Source of the DNA: Lama guanicoe
Taxonomy: Eukaryota
Assembly: GCA_013239625.1 (NCBI GenBank)
Contig: MU054187.1
Span: 13,858,974 to 13,922,973 of the forward strand
Length of the DNA: 64,000 nt
Reading direction: 5' to 3'
Part shown: positions 47,259 through 60,099 of the stretch, in pieces
Layout: every line of letters starts with the position of its first letter
How positions within the stretch are numbered: the stretch's first letter is position 1
Position numbers and translations under genes: made by a program
The notes under the pieces: generated by a model
Databases searched by the model: none
What the model saw: the letters and a program-made list of their open reading frames with translations, nothing else
Told to the model about the DNA's origin: nothing

Positions 47259-47360
47259 TTTTTTTTTTAATTTTGTTTTTTATTGAAGTGTAGTTGATTT
47301 ACAGTGTTAGTTTCAGGTGTACAGCAAAGCAATTCAGTTAGACATATATGTATGTATATT
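47259..47360 (-). mobile_element. Short L1 tail with diverged TSD
   Basis: tattgaagtgtagttgatttacagtgttagtttcaggtgtacagcaaagcaattcagtta; flanks taaagcttctgaa / taaaacttctaaa. Confidence 0.85.
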
Positions 47361-47419
47361 TAAAACTTCTAAAATTCTTAAAAGGAGTGTCATGCAAGTC
47401 GTTAGTTATGCTAAATGTT

Positions 47420-47662
47420 AGCAATAAGAATAATTTTTAAATTACCAAGGGCTTATCATATGCTACTGTGCAAAGGGCTTTTACCGCATTTCTCATGAAA
47501 TCCTTTGTAACCCAATGAGATTATTACTGTTATTATCCCCATTTTATAGATAAGGAAACTGAGACATGGAAAGTAACTTGCCTAAGGTCATAGCAGGTGG
47601 TGAAGTCAGCATTCTAGCCCGGCAGTCTGACTACAAAGTCTGCACTAAGCATCATTACACTC
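47420..47662 (-). mobile_element. MIR SINE
   Basis: attatccccattttatagataaggaaactgagacatgg...aagtaacttgcctaaggtca...cccggcagtctgactacaaagtctg. Confidence 0.9.
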
Positions 47663-47771
47663 TTCTCACCATTTTTCTTGTATATGAACCAAAGGAGTGA
47701 TATATGGACTACTTCTGCAGTCTTACTTTTCACTCTTTTTTCACATTCATCTCATCTTCTGTCATTAGAAT

Positions 47772-48030
47772 TATATATATATATATATATATAAATCATT
47801 AACGTATAGCATCATGATGATAGCTAATGAGACTGTATTGCATATTTGAAAGTTACCAAGAGAATAAATCTTCAAAGTTCTCACAAGAAAAAAAATTTTT
47901 GTGACTGTGTATGGTGGCAGATGTTAACCAGACTTACTGTGGTGATCATTTTGCAGCATATACAAATATCAAATCATTTTATTGTATACCTGAAATTAAT
48001 GTTATATGTCAATTTTATATCAATAAAAAA
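47772..48030 (+). mobile_element. (TA)n followed by older L1MA/MB-type 3' end
   Basis: actgtattgcatatttgaaagttaccaagagaataaatcttcaaagttctcac...gtggtgatcattttgcag...gttatatgtcaattttatatcaataaaaaa. Confidence 0.85.
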
Positions 48031-48959
48031 TCATAATGAACATATAAATGAGAAAATGCTCATGCCCTAGTAGGAATGTATACTTCCCTGAGTTACACTT
48101 GACAGTGAGGACAACAAACTACAAATATAAAAATGCGAGATATTAATAATAATAATGTCTAGTGTTAATTTGCTCCAGTGCCTCCTATGTAGAGACCTGT
48201 TGAAAGTCTTCATGACTGGGGCTCAAGGAATCCCCTCTTTGCTGGGCTCACAGGCAAAGAGCTACCCAAACCCGGTTTGCATTGCAAAGAGGAACGGGAG
48301 CAGCCCATTCACCATTGGCCAAGCAGAAGCATTTAAGCAGCTAAGGTCACCACGTGGGAGAGTTGTCAAAAGACCAGAGAAGTCAGCCCATCCCTAATGC
48401 TGACACCACCGAGGGCATTCTTGATCACGCCTCACTTCCTGCTCTGTGCTCAGGATTACAAGTTCCCTGGAGAGAGGAGAGCAGGAAGGGACTCTTCACC
48501 TACCATCCTTGCCTCCTGTCCCCCTGTGCACAGAAGGGACAGAGAAAAAGGTCAGCTCTCCCCTGCATGGTCAGAGCCTTTCACAGCCTCCCTTTCCTCC
48601 CTAGAATAGATAGTATCTGAAAACTCCATGCTCCAGGAACTGGCCCCAGCCCACATCCGTAGGTGGTGGTGGACCCCAAAGAGAAGCAGAATATAGGCAA
48701 TGTCAGAAAACACTCAAATTCCAGCTTTTCAAAGGACCATGCCTACGGAACAAAACCATCTGTGGCCGGACTGTGGCCCCAGGCTGCCAATTTTTGACCT
48801 GTGTTAGAACCTCCCGTAATGAGAGGGCTCAAGGGATCCCTTCAGAATCGGCACAGTTTGACCTGAGAGGAACTGCGGCTCTTGCTTCAATCTCAAGATG
48901 TGTGCATGTATTTATAAAAGCATGTTCTTTAGTATTCCTGTAAGTAAATAGATATTTAA

Positions 48960-49060
48960 AAAACACAGATGCGTGACTTTACTGTGTGACTCACAATAAA
49001 CAATCTAGTGGCAACGCCCCTCAGCCTTGGAGCAAAAGCAGAAAACCACTTTCCCTCCCT
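48960..49060. promoter_or_regulatory. Enhancer candidate (AP-1 + forkhead + RUNX-like motifs)
   Basis: TGACTCA (48987-48993) next to ATAAACA (48996-49002), AACCAC near 49045. Confidence 0.3.
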
Positions 49061-49624
49061 CCTCCCCTCCCCCCAGCCTTTTATTAATAAATGGGAAATG
49101 GGACAAAAAGTAAGTGGCAGTCTGAATGAGCTTTCAAAAAATGACCTGCAGGTGAGAACAGCCAGGTAGACACCATTTTAGACTGCAAAATCCCAGGCTA
49201 TGTCCTTCTTTAAAAACCGTTCAATTATTTCCTGTGTTTTCAAAAGCACACTGCTCTTTATTCATCCTCGGGTCCTTATTTACGTATGTTTGGTTTGTGT
49301 GGGCGTTGGGATCACAGGAGGGTGTTATCAACTCCACTGGTGAATATTTTTGGCTTTTTCAGTGTAGGACTCCTAGTTCACAGCATCTTATTTGTGTTTC
49401 TATGATTTTTGCTAACAGTATCCTTTACAAACATCTGTGGGGTGGGGACTTGGAAGCTGGGCCTGAGGGAGATGAATCTAACGTGACCAAGATCAGGGTT
49501 CTGGGGTGATGATCATGACATACAGTTCAGAAATCAACATGGGTTAATCCAGGTCCATAAATCAGTTCCAGGTCATGTCATTGGTTTAAGACCCACAAAG
49601 GAAAGCCCATTATGGAGGAGAGGA

Positions 49625-49752
49625 CCCTCTGCCACCTGCCAAGCCAGCCGAGCGACCTGGGACCTAAGTTTTACATCTTCAGCTAGGAAATGAGAAGACG
49701 GTTGAATGACTTCTGAGGTTCCTTCCAGTTATAACATTCTGTGACTCTGTGA
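49625..49752 (+). mobile_element. MIR3/L3-tail-like relic
   Basis: ggttgaatgacttctgaggttccttccagttataacattctgtgactctgtgatt. Confidence 0.55.
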
Positions 49753-50498
49753 TTTGTTATTCTTTGATCTAACGCTGAATGCGCTTTAAATGGAATAGAC
49801 CGCAGAAAATTCACAGGAGAATGTAGAAATCATTTTAAACCCAAGATGATGAACTCCTTTATTTAGTGGCATCTACACTGTGGCAGGACATTAAGGAATT
49901 GTCGTGTTAGTTCATTTCAATAGCGTCTTCTCCTATCCTGTTTGTAGCTCATTGTCATACCAATGAATCAAGTGCCCGGGGCGGAATAGTGCTACACAAA
50001 CGTTAAGCTCAACAGACTGCTGAATAATGTTGTATCTGTTGTCATTTGAGTGTCGCATATTTGCAAAGTGCTACTAAGCCGTTTTATGAACCCGTTTAAC
50101 GTGGCACTTGGCACATGACAGGATGAGACTTCGATTTGGGAGGCATGGCGCGGGATGAGTTTCTTGACCCTCCTTGGAATTGGAAGTGATGGAGATTATG
50201 AGTGAATTGAGCTGCGGTGACTCAGCAGGATGACGCCATCCAAGGCAGCCCCCCGGAGGCGGGAAGTCATGACCCAGGCATTCAGTGTGTCTTCTTAGAA
50301 GAGTCACTCACATTTAGTGTCCCCAGTTCTTAGTTTATAAAATTGGTCTTATGAAAAGTATTGTCGCAGTTAATGGTTGCCACCATGTTTTTTTTTTGAA
50401 GACTTTCTAGGATCCCAGATTTTTTAAAAGTGATAAAGGAATAATATATCATATGGTTGTATTATTAGAAATATTCTTAAAAATAGTGTATATATGCT

Positions 50499-50527
50499 CA
50501 CACACACGTGTGTGCACACATGTGTGC
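50499..50527. repeat. 29-bp alternating purine-pyrimidine tract containing two 14-bp palindromes
   Basis: cacacacgtgtgtg (50501-50514) and gcacacatgtgtgc (50514-50527). Confidence 0.9.
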
Positions 50528-53500
50528 TGAAATTCTCTGCTTTATTCTTCACACTTAAGTTCAGTAGTCACAGTGGGAAAAAGAGGAGGTAATAATACAC
50601 GACATTCTGCTGGATTAAAAAAAAATTATACAGCTCTTCCAAACAGTTGGCTGGTACAGTCTTTTTGGAATTTATATATCCATTGATTTGTTATTGAGCA
50701 TGTAATTTACTTCTTTCGAAGGAAACTCCACTACTGAACCTTCATTTGATGTCTTCTCGTACCCTAACAATCCTGCTATTCCAGACACCTGAGATAAAAT
50801 GTGCCTTTTTACCCCGACTCTCTTTTCTCCAGCACAGGATGTCAGAAGTGCTGCTGTGTCCATGCTCTGTACTTACAAACTAACGTTAGACTAAAAATGT
50901 ATTGTCTGAAATAGCGTCTGTGAGAGTCAGTAGCTCTTGTGGGTGGGCCGTATGCGAGCTCTGCCATCACTTGCCGTGCGATATTTATAATTAATACTGT
51001 CTCCTTCCTAGCCAACAGTTACACAGCTTAGTTTTCTAATTATGGAAACAAAGAATGAGTTCTCACACAGACGTATGATTGTTTTTACTGCCCTGGAAAA
51101 GGAAGATTCATGAAAAGAAACGAATTTCCGTTGGCCTCTGGCTTCCTACCCTTCTTCTAGGTTCAGCTGAGTTACTTTGCCACGCTTGAAGGAGGGTAAG
51201 GATGCACATCTCTTTGTCTGGGGGATATTCAGAGGTGGCTCCTCCGTTCAACATCTCCTTTCTCCAGAAATCATTTGGATTCAGTGGAGTTCAAAATAAC
51301 AAAGTAAGATATATTCTAATCCCAACCCAACTTTGTAGCAAAATTTCCTACTGGGTGACTTGGAAAGCCAAGTGTAGGTTTTGGCTGACGTGCTCCCTTT
51401 TAAACTTAGCTGCCAGTGCTGCCTGCAGGGCAGGTGACGGGAGGATGCCAGGCAGTGCCTCAGAAGCCAGTGGTAAGAAGCTGGATCTCTGAGCTCTGTG
51501 GTGATGTCCTCTGCCCCAGTCAGTGAGTACACACACTACTGGAAAGTCTCCAGCATCCCACTTGGCTTGTGGCTCAGTCACAGCTTCACTTACTGCTTTC
51601 CAAGTGGAAATGGGTCAAGGCTTTGGCACAGGAGGCTCAGGAAGAGAAAGGTGGGCCTTATCCTCAGCCTGCCTGCAAAGCAAAGGATAAAGCATCTTCA
51701 TCACTCCTTTATTCTGCAGTCCTCAACTAACGAAGGCCATGGTCTCTGTTTTAGAGATACCCTTTCAGCTCCCCCTAGAGCTGACCATAGGAACAAAGGG
51801 TGAAATTCTAACCACACATAGATCTGCACCCAGGACAGCTTCAACACAGAGTGTTCCTGTATCTTGAGTCCAATGGCCAGGCAAGCTGGCATCTTTACTT
51901 CAAACTGAACAAAACCCAGGTATCTTCCTGCCGGAAGTCTCTCCAGCCACCTGCAAACTGCCTGGTGCCCGAGCGCCCCAAGGAGGACAAGAAAAAGCAG
52001 TTTTCAAAACACATTTGACATGGTGCTCCAATTTGGATCCTCTTAATTTTCGTTTACCCGGTTCCAGAATTCAGTTCCTACATTTGATATGCGTGTCCTC
52101 TGTGAATTTTATGGCTCTTCGAAAATCTTACCGTCTGGCTGTTGAGCTCTTCTTTTTTAAAGCAACTTGACAATTTCAGAATATACAATTACAGATAAAG
52201 GAAGAAAAGGGGCCAGATCAGTCTGTGTAAAACTGTGCTGACTGCATGATACAGAGGCTAAGTCACGCCCGATAGTCTGGTCCTCAGCTCAGCACGAAAT
52301 TGAGTATCTGAGAGCTGCGTGAAAATGGACTGCTGTCTCCCAGCGACCCCGTGTTTCAGTACCTCCACTACCTCTCAGGGCTTTGCATTCAGTTTGAGAA
52401 TGTTATTGAGATTTATCTAGCATCTTTCTTCCAATTACTATGCACCACACTTGGGAAAGAGGGTGGCCCCACCCATTTATTCTGAGCCATTACTGTGGAT
52501 AAAGCTGCCTCGTCACTATAAATCAGAGTCTCTCTGTCTGAAATGCTATTTAATAGTGTCCAGAGCTGTAAGTGAAATCGAGTGGTTCAGACTCAGAGCC
52601 AGGAGCTAAATACTTTGCATTCCCCTCTCAGCCCAGGCACTTTGACTTTATTCTGTGACTTCTGTCTGTATGCTCAGAAGGAATTGAGACTGTGAGGTAA
52701 ATTTGACAAAGAAAGATCACCATATTTGCAAGATCCTGGTGTTGAAATCATTTCATTTTAAATTCTAGGGTTAAGGTATGCTTCCCACCCCCATTTGCAT
52801 TCTTCATCTTCTGTTTCTTCTATAAAATGATTGCAGATATCATTTAGCTACTGAAAAATGTTAATACTCTCATAAAAAGAGATCTGTAAACTTCAAGTGT
52901 TTAAGACCAAAGAGCTTCCCAAACTTGGGACCAAATTTTAAGCCTGTTTCAAGGTTCAAATTAATTCTATAAATCTCAAATCATTAAGAAATTCTCCTTT
53001 TATTTCCCCATCAGACTAAAGTTTCTTGATAATTAGCATTGTGTTTAATTTGCATTAGAAAAGTCCACCTTTTCCAAACAGCATGTTGATGTCAGATGTC
53101 AGGAAATTTTTTATTGTACTTACTCCCCACCATGTCAGCTCCTCATGTGTTACTAAGAATTCCAGGGCAATCCATTTAAGCATTGCAGGTTGGTTAAAGA
53201 TGAGACAGTGTGCAGGGAATGCCTTGTTTCATTTTGGTTATCTGAACCTTTGAGAAGACCTAAGCCGAGAGTGTTGACCTTTGTTATGACCCGTTGCTTT
53301 TATGAGATGGCCATCCTTCTACGTCATCCATCCTAAGTGGCTCTTATCCCTTTTTTCTGGATAACTCCTGAGTAAGACCCACTTCACTCAAGTAATTTTC
53401 TCAATATTTGTCTTGCTGGCTGGGGGTCAAATTCAAGCTGAAGTTCAATGTCGTATTGAAAATTGTTGGCCATGGCAGTGTTTGAAGAGAGTATTTGGCT

Positions 53501-53799
53501 GTTAATTTCAGTTTTTCTCCTTCTGGGTCATTTTTTATTCTTCTGCTGTACATTTGATCTTACAAGTTTTAGCCTGCAAATCCTTCAAGCAGTTGTTATC
53601 ATTATAACACAAGAGAGAGAATGCTTTTCCTATCGTGAGAGTGGTCATGGATTCAGAGCTCATTAGAGTTGTAGGAAACTTTCACGTTTACCTTCTGCAG
53701 CACCATCTGACGTTTGCATCTACTCTGCAATATAGATGTGTCTGCCATTGTGTCTTACAGAACTCTTCCCTGCAGTAGTTGTAAGGACTTCACAAAATC

Positions 53800-54900
53800 G
53801 TCAAGTCACCATCATTCCTGGTCTCCTACAAGGACTCCCAGCTTCTACTCCCTCCCCCCATAATTTATTCCCCACACAGCAACCATTGTGACCTCTTTAG
53901 ACCATAAATCACTCCCCTTCTTTCAGTGGATACAGGAAAAAATGGGGCATGAGAGGATGGCTGTGTCCCAGGTCTCAGATGAGTCCCCGGAAAGCATCCC
54001 GCCAAGTGAGGGTTCTTGGCTTCGTGCAGGGGAGAATTCAAGAGCAAGCCTTAGTAGAGTGAAGGTAGATTTATTCAGAGAGGTGCATACTCCATTGACA
54101 GAGTGTCGGCCTTCTCAAAAGGCAAGCGGAAAGGCCACAAGGTGTGGGGTTGCTAGTTTTTATGGACTAGGGAACTTCATACTCTAACAAGTGGGAGGAT
54201 TATTCCAGCTACTTTGGGGAAGTGGCGGGATTCCCAGGAATTGGGCCACCACCCACTTTTTCACCTTTTATGGTCAGCCCTGAAACTGCCATGTCACCTG
54301 TGGGAGTGCAAGTTAGTGTGCTATTGTGTTACAATGAGTGTATAATGAAGCTCAAGGTCTATTGGGAGTTGAATCTTCCACCAAATTGGTGCTATTTGCT
54401 GTGTCATTCTTTTAGTGGCTGTGCTGTGCCCCCTTCCCTCCTGTCCCACAATGACTTCCTGTGAAATCTAACCCCTTACCCTGGGCAGCAGGGCCCTTCA
54501 AGACTGACCCTTGGGCTCCCTCTTCAAACTCCCTTTCTAACCTCTTCTCACTCATCTCAGACAAATCACTCATCTCCCAGGTCCTTGACTATCCAAGTTT
54601 ATTCCTACCTCAAAGCCTTTGCAATTGCTGGTTCCTCTGCTGAGAAATCTCTTTCCGAGTAATCCAAGCAAATCCCTCGGGCTTTGTGGTTCCATGTCAC
54701 CTCCTCAGAGGCTCTTGCTGCCCCACTGTCTAAAGATACCTGCCCATGCCACCTCCCTAACTCTGTCCCATTAACCGTTTCTGTTTTCTTCACAGAATCT
54801 GTCAGTATCAGAAGTCGCTCCTTTGCCCCGCTAGGTGTAAGCTCCCAGGAACAGAGACCTGTCTCTTGTCCACTGCTGTAAGCCATGCACATAGTCATGC
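53800..54900 (+). mobile_element. L2 3' region split by an LTR
   Basis: tccccacacagcaacca...actccccttctttcagt [LTR] ...ctcaaagcctttgcaattgctggttcctctgctgagaa...aggtgtaagctcccaggaacagagacctgtctcttgtccactgctgta. Confidence 0.75.
53928..54448 (-). mobile_element. ERV1-type solo LTR
   Basis: gggttcttggcttcgtgcaggggagaattcaagagcaagcc...tttatt (AATAAA on minus, 54070-54075)...ggaattgggccaccacccacttt; flanks cagt/caat resemble a 4-bp TSD. Confidence 0.75.
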
Positions 54901-54989
54901 AGCCAAGGGAGAAGTTACGATCCAAGATTTTATAAAACTTGCTTCCAGTCACACTATGAGTAGGAACAAACTCCTGTTTCTATGAATAT

Positions 54990-55340
54990 ACCATAGTATT
55001 TGTAATTCCTTGATCTTGCTCATATGCTGTTCTTTCCCTGGAGGCTTGTCAGTCTGATAGGTAAGTTCTAGCATCCTTTAAAACCAGTTCAGCTGCCGGC
55101 CATTTAGGAAACCTTCTCTTACCTCCTCAGACTGGGTTAGGTAACCAATGCTAAGCACTTCGTATGCCCCCTGTGGTCTCTACCATTGTACTTACCATAT
55201 TATTCTGTAATCATTGCTTTGATTGCCAGGCTCTTCCAGGAGACCAGGATCCACTACAGGGAAGGGACTATTTAATTCATAGAATTAATTTTCCCAGCCC
55301 AGGCTGTGCCTGTGAGCACAATTCAGGTTTGCTGAAGGAG
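54990..55340 (+). mobile_element. L2 fragment
   Basis: cttgctcatatgctgttctttccctgga...catcctttaaaaccagttc...ccactacagggaagggacta. Confidence 0.5.
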
Positions 55341-55761
55341 ACCAGAACCTTAAACTTCTGATTGTGGTTGACTGTATCATCAAAATACACTGCGTGTTCT
55401 ACAGATGGGAGCCATCAGTGTCTCAATCCACATTTTATGACTTAAAATTCTTTAGTTAGGCTTTCAGAGTTTAAAAAAAAACCTTTATAATCCAATGTCA
55501 GTCAATTTAAACTGTTTTCAACACAAGGGGAATGTGGCTTGCTGCTATAATTCTAAAAATCACCTAAGGATTGCTAGGGATAACTTAGATTCAAAGGTAA
55601 TCCCCAGACCTTATTGTAGAAGTTAATGACACCAAACGTTTTATCCAAGCAGCTAAACAATGAGGAACTATATTGATATGAGTTTAACTTCCTTACATTT
55701 CTCTTCCTAACAAAAATATGCAGGAGAAAGGGAGGAATAAAAGGAATTATAAACAGCCCAC

Positions 55762-55867
55762 CTGCTGGCTAATGAGCGCCTGAGTAATTGAGAGCTGCCT
55801 GACTGTGTCAGTCATTTCTCGCAGTTCCCTCGGACTGTCAAGTCCTTCCTGGAGGTGATGAGAGGCA
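55762..55867 (-). other. Candidate internal exon (106 nt), product unknown
   Basis: ttttattatttcctcag|TGCC...CAGCAG|gtgggc; one open frame ASHHLQEGLDSPRELREMTDTVRQLSITQALISQQ. Confidence 0.2.
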
Positions 55868-56713
55868 CTGAGGAAATAATAAAATGTGCTGTGGTCCTTT
55901 TCCTCCATTCTCAGGGAAGAAAATAACATTAAGCCAGTTAACAATTCAGATAAAGACAGAAAGACAGTTGGCTCAGGTTTAGCCCTGTTCCTTAATTGAA
56001 AGGAGTTTTCTGCCCTCAGGGAAGATGATAGCATTTAATCAGGTATTTTTCCGACATTCTGTTTTATGTGATTATAGATATCTGCCATGAATAACAAATC
56101 ATTTGTTTTGTTGGTGCGTTTCCAAAATTTCTGCCATGTTGTCTTCTCAAGCAGAGTAACTTTGTCTTCCATAAAGCTGTTTTCCTCTGGCAGTGATTTA
56201 CAGAGCTCATGGAACTTAACGTGGAAGATGTGACTCATCCTTTTAGTAGCTGTTGAGTGCCTACTGTGTGTCAGCCGCAGCACTGAGTACCAGATGAGAC
56301 GCATCGTGGGGTTTATATTTAATGAGACCTTTCCCTATAACCAGCATACTGAAAAGGGCAATGCCATTTTTAAATTCATAATATTTCCATATGGAAATGT
56401 GGCTTGCAGACACAAAAAGGTCAGTAGTTTTGTGCAAAAATAGACTTGCTCATAATTAAAAGGGAAAAAGAAACTAAAAACAAACCAGAAAAAGCAAGAA
56501 GACTTTATTCTCATCTTTGCAATTAGTATGCTCATGTTTATCTATTTATAAAATCATAAATTATATTAGCTTTTCATTCAGCTATTACAAGCACAGAAAT
56601 AATATTGTAGTCTAATTTGACATGGCTATATTGTTTGAAACATATACACTCATCCCTGATGATACAGGGCACAACGTTTACCAAATATATCGTGTGTTAT
56701 ACAGATGGAAGCC

Positions 56714-56775
56714 ATTTATATATATAAAATCATTACTAATAGTTATTTATATATATATAATCATTACTAATAATT
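56714..56775 (+). repeat. AT-rich tandem duplication, 31 bp x2
   Basis: atttatatatataaaatcattactaatagtt / atttatatatatataatcattactaataatt. Confidence 0.88.
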
Positions 56776-58574
56776 ATTTAGTTAGAACTGTAGAGTTAAA
56801 AAAAACAACTATTGAGTCTCTGCAATTCTTAAGGCGTTTTATGACAAACCTGTGACTAGACACAATTTTAGAATGAATAATATATAATACATGGCTTATC
56901 AACGTTTGCTCAGTGAGGGAGAGCTTCTGTGGAAGAATGCTCACATTTAAGTACCTCCCCAGCACCTTGCTCATTATATACATCAAGAAGATACGTTCTT
57001 CCCTCTTGCCTATGTAGTCAATGTTCAAACGACCATCCTAAATCTCTGTGTAAGGCCAGACTGGCTGCAGTGTGAGAATTTTTTCTGCAACAGCAGGATT
57101 CTCCATGGGTCATATCTCCTCTTACCATACAGCTGGGTAAGTTCAGCCATTTCTCAGCTCTGAGGCCATGAATTGTCAGCTATGTCCACACTTCCTCTGT
57201 TGGATTCATTGGGCAGATTGTTTGATGTAATCAAATAATTCAGTTGGGCCTCCTCAGGGCTAGCGTAACTTGAGGATATCTTCTGAGAGCCTAGATTTGC
57301 TTAATTCTGAGTATCTGAAGTTGGTTGTGTCTATCCTAAAATAAAAACAGTCTTTAAGGAACTGGAATAAAAACGGGGGAGACTAATGCTCAGTCATTGG
57401 GGAAAAAAAGACTCTTAAAGAAGAACAGGCAACTCTTTCCCCATTTTTTCTTTCCCTGTGAGCACACCTCCTAGGGCTCAGGGATGTAGTGTTTTACATA
57501 AATTGCCAAGTGAAAGGGATAGTAGACCATTGCCTACAGTTTGTGTTTTTTTGCAGCATGCTAGTACTTTCCACGTTAATCATCTGCTGACTATAAACGA
57601 ACCCATTCCATTTATGAAGTACTCATCTCTTTTGCCTCTAATCATAGTTAGAAAATGAGTCTTACTTTCATTGGCCCAGGGAGTAAATCATAAAATGATA
57701 AGTGCTTTGCCACCAACAGGAAGTCACTCCATGAATACACTGAGACTAAAACCTAGAATATGAAGTTTAAATGAATGTGATATGATTTTCCCAAAGTGCC
57801 AGGGTGGGTGGGGGCATGCACATCACTACAGCAGAAGTTCTCCTAATCTACTGCGTTTAACCAATTAGCCAGAGTAACCACGGCTTCCATTCTCTTCCAA
57901 ATAAACTGACCAGTCCTAGAGCATCCTGGCCACTCAGGGCTAAGAGGATGCCCACGCACCGCCTCCTCCCTCAAAACCCCAGGTTCAGTCACTAAGAATC
58001 TCTTGTGTTTGCTCCTCAATCTATACCAGTCGATACTGTTGTACTTACACAACATAATTCAATAATATATAAACCTGTAAAATATAAGTACAATCAAAAC
58101 GGATTGTTGCTTTTATGAAGCTAAAGTGAGTAGAGAAATTCAGTAAGGGTGTGTGGCAAAAAAAAAAAATTCTTTTGAATTAGGTGTGGATATGGCAACT
58201 TTAAAAGATTGGGGGAAGAGGAGGAATGTAAAAATCGAGACAGATCTTCACACAAATTGCTTAGCCCGGGTCTTTAAGGACTCATTCCACATCGAAAGAA
58301 CTAAAACGAGATTGTCAGTGATGCATTCAGGGTGTGGTTTACGGAAGAAGGATAATGCAGAATTCCCAGAATCCATATCAAAGAAATGCTCATTGCCTTG
58401 AGCCCTCCTCCTCCCCACCCAGTAAAATACTGGCACATGAATGTCCATTTATGCATTTTACATTAAGGCGGCATTTTAAAATTATGTATTTTTTACTGTT
58501 TTTTCTCTTTAATTTTTTTATTAACCACTAACTACTATTCTTGCTCACGTCAGATAATTTGGTTTCACCACTTA

Positions 58575-58840
58575 CATGGTGGTTGGGTACGCAGGCTCTG
58601 AGGACAGACATCCCAATTCCAGATCTGACACTTCTTGTTGTCTGTGTCTTTGGGCAAGGCACTTAAATATTCTGATCTTCTGTTTCCTCATTTGTAAATT
58701 GATGATAATAATAGTATCTGCTTCTTAAGTTTGTCAAGAGGACTAAAGGAGAAAATGCATATTAAGGACTTGGCATAGTGTTAGTGTCTGGCAGCACCTT
58801 AAGCCCTTAATCAATAATATCAATTTATATGTCTTTATTA
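58575..58840 (+). mobile_element. MIR SINE
   Basis: ctgtgtctttgggcaaggcacttaa...tgtttcctcatttgtaaattgatgataataatagtatctgc. Confidence 0.8.
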
Positions 58841-58861
58841 TTAGAGCAAAAATTGTAACTC

Positions 58862-59222
58862 AGCTGTTAGTTGGCTCAGGCTGCCATAACAAAATACCAC
58901 AGACTGGGCGACTTAAACAACAGAAATTTATTTTCTCACAGTTTGGGAGGCTGGAAGTCCAAGAGCAAGATGTCAGCAGGGCTGGTTTCTGATGAGACTT
59001 CTCCTCAGTTTGCAGATGGTGCCTTCTAACTGCGTCCTCACCTGGCCTTTTCTCTGTGCGTGCAGAGAAAGAGACAGCTCTGGGGTCTCTTCCCCTTCTT
59101 ATAAGGACATCCACCTTATCGGATTAGGGCCCCAGCCTTACGACCTTATTTACCCTTATTTACCCTGTCCCCAAATATTACCACATTGTGAGTTAGGGGG
59201 CACACCGTTCAGTCTATAATAC
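58862..59222 (-). mobile_element. MaLR solo LTR (MLT1A-like)
   Basis: ggctgccataacaaaataccacagactgggcgacttaaacaacagaaatttattttctcacagtttgggaggctggaagtccaaga...ttcagtctataata. Confidence 0.9.
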
Positions 59223-59621
59223 CAGGTATATTTATCCTCTACTTATAATGAATAGGACCTAGAAGTAGCTTTGGGATGCAGAAATGACCCATCGTGTAGG
59301 ATGAACCCCAAAGAGAGGATATATGTTTCAGTCCACAGTGATACAGATTCAGGAAAGAATCTTAGTTCCATGTCTGATTCCACTGTCTGAAACTGTAATT
59401 GTTATTTAATTTCTTTTTTCTCTAGATCCACATATAATATCAAATTGTAAGCGAGCCCCTCACCTACTTGCTTCATGAGGGTGTGTTAAGGACTAATGTG
59501 GCATTGTTCAGTAACTCGTCTGAGATTTCTTGATAAGATAAATATCAAGCAGCAAGACAAGCTTGTTCCGCTTTATATTACATTCATTTGTTCTTCTATC
59601 CATTCATTTAAAAGGCAGTCA

Positions 59622-59928
59622 AAAGCTTCAAAATTCTAGTTACGTGATGAATAAGTACTAGGGATATAATGTACAAAATGATAAATATAATTAAAACTGC
59701 TGTATGTTAAATATGGAAGTTAAGAGAGTATATCCTAAGAGTTCTCATCACAAGGAAGAAAAAAATTTTCTATTTCTTTAAATTTGTATCTATATAAAAT
59801 AATGGATGTTCACTGGACTTATTGTGGTCGTAATTTCATGATGTATGTAAGTCAAATCATTATGCTGTGCACCTTAAACTTACACAGTGATACACATCAA
59901 TTATGTCTCAGTAAAACTGGAAGGAAAA
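59622..59928 (+). mobile_element. L1-family 3' end
   Basis: aataagtactagggatataatgtacaa...tcctaagagttctcatcacaagg...caccttaaacttacacagtg...caattatgtctcagtaaaactggaa. Confidence 0.8.
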
Positions 59929-60099
59929 ATAATGTATCCTCCTATGTGCAAACACCAGGAGTTCAGAGGAAGTAATTCCTAGAGCATAACTTTAAAGTAG
60001 CTCACAGGTCTTTGGGAAAGGCAGACATGTAAGTAAGTAATTACAATAAACCAGAAACATGGTACACAATTGTACCATTGTAAGATTAACTGCCATGCA

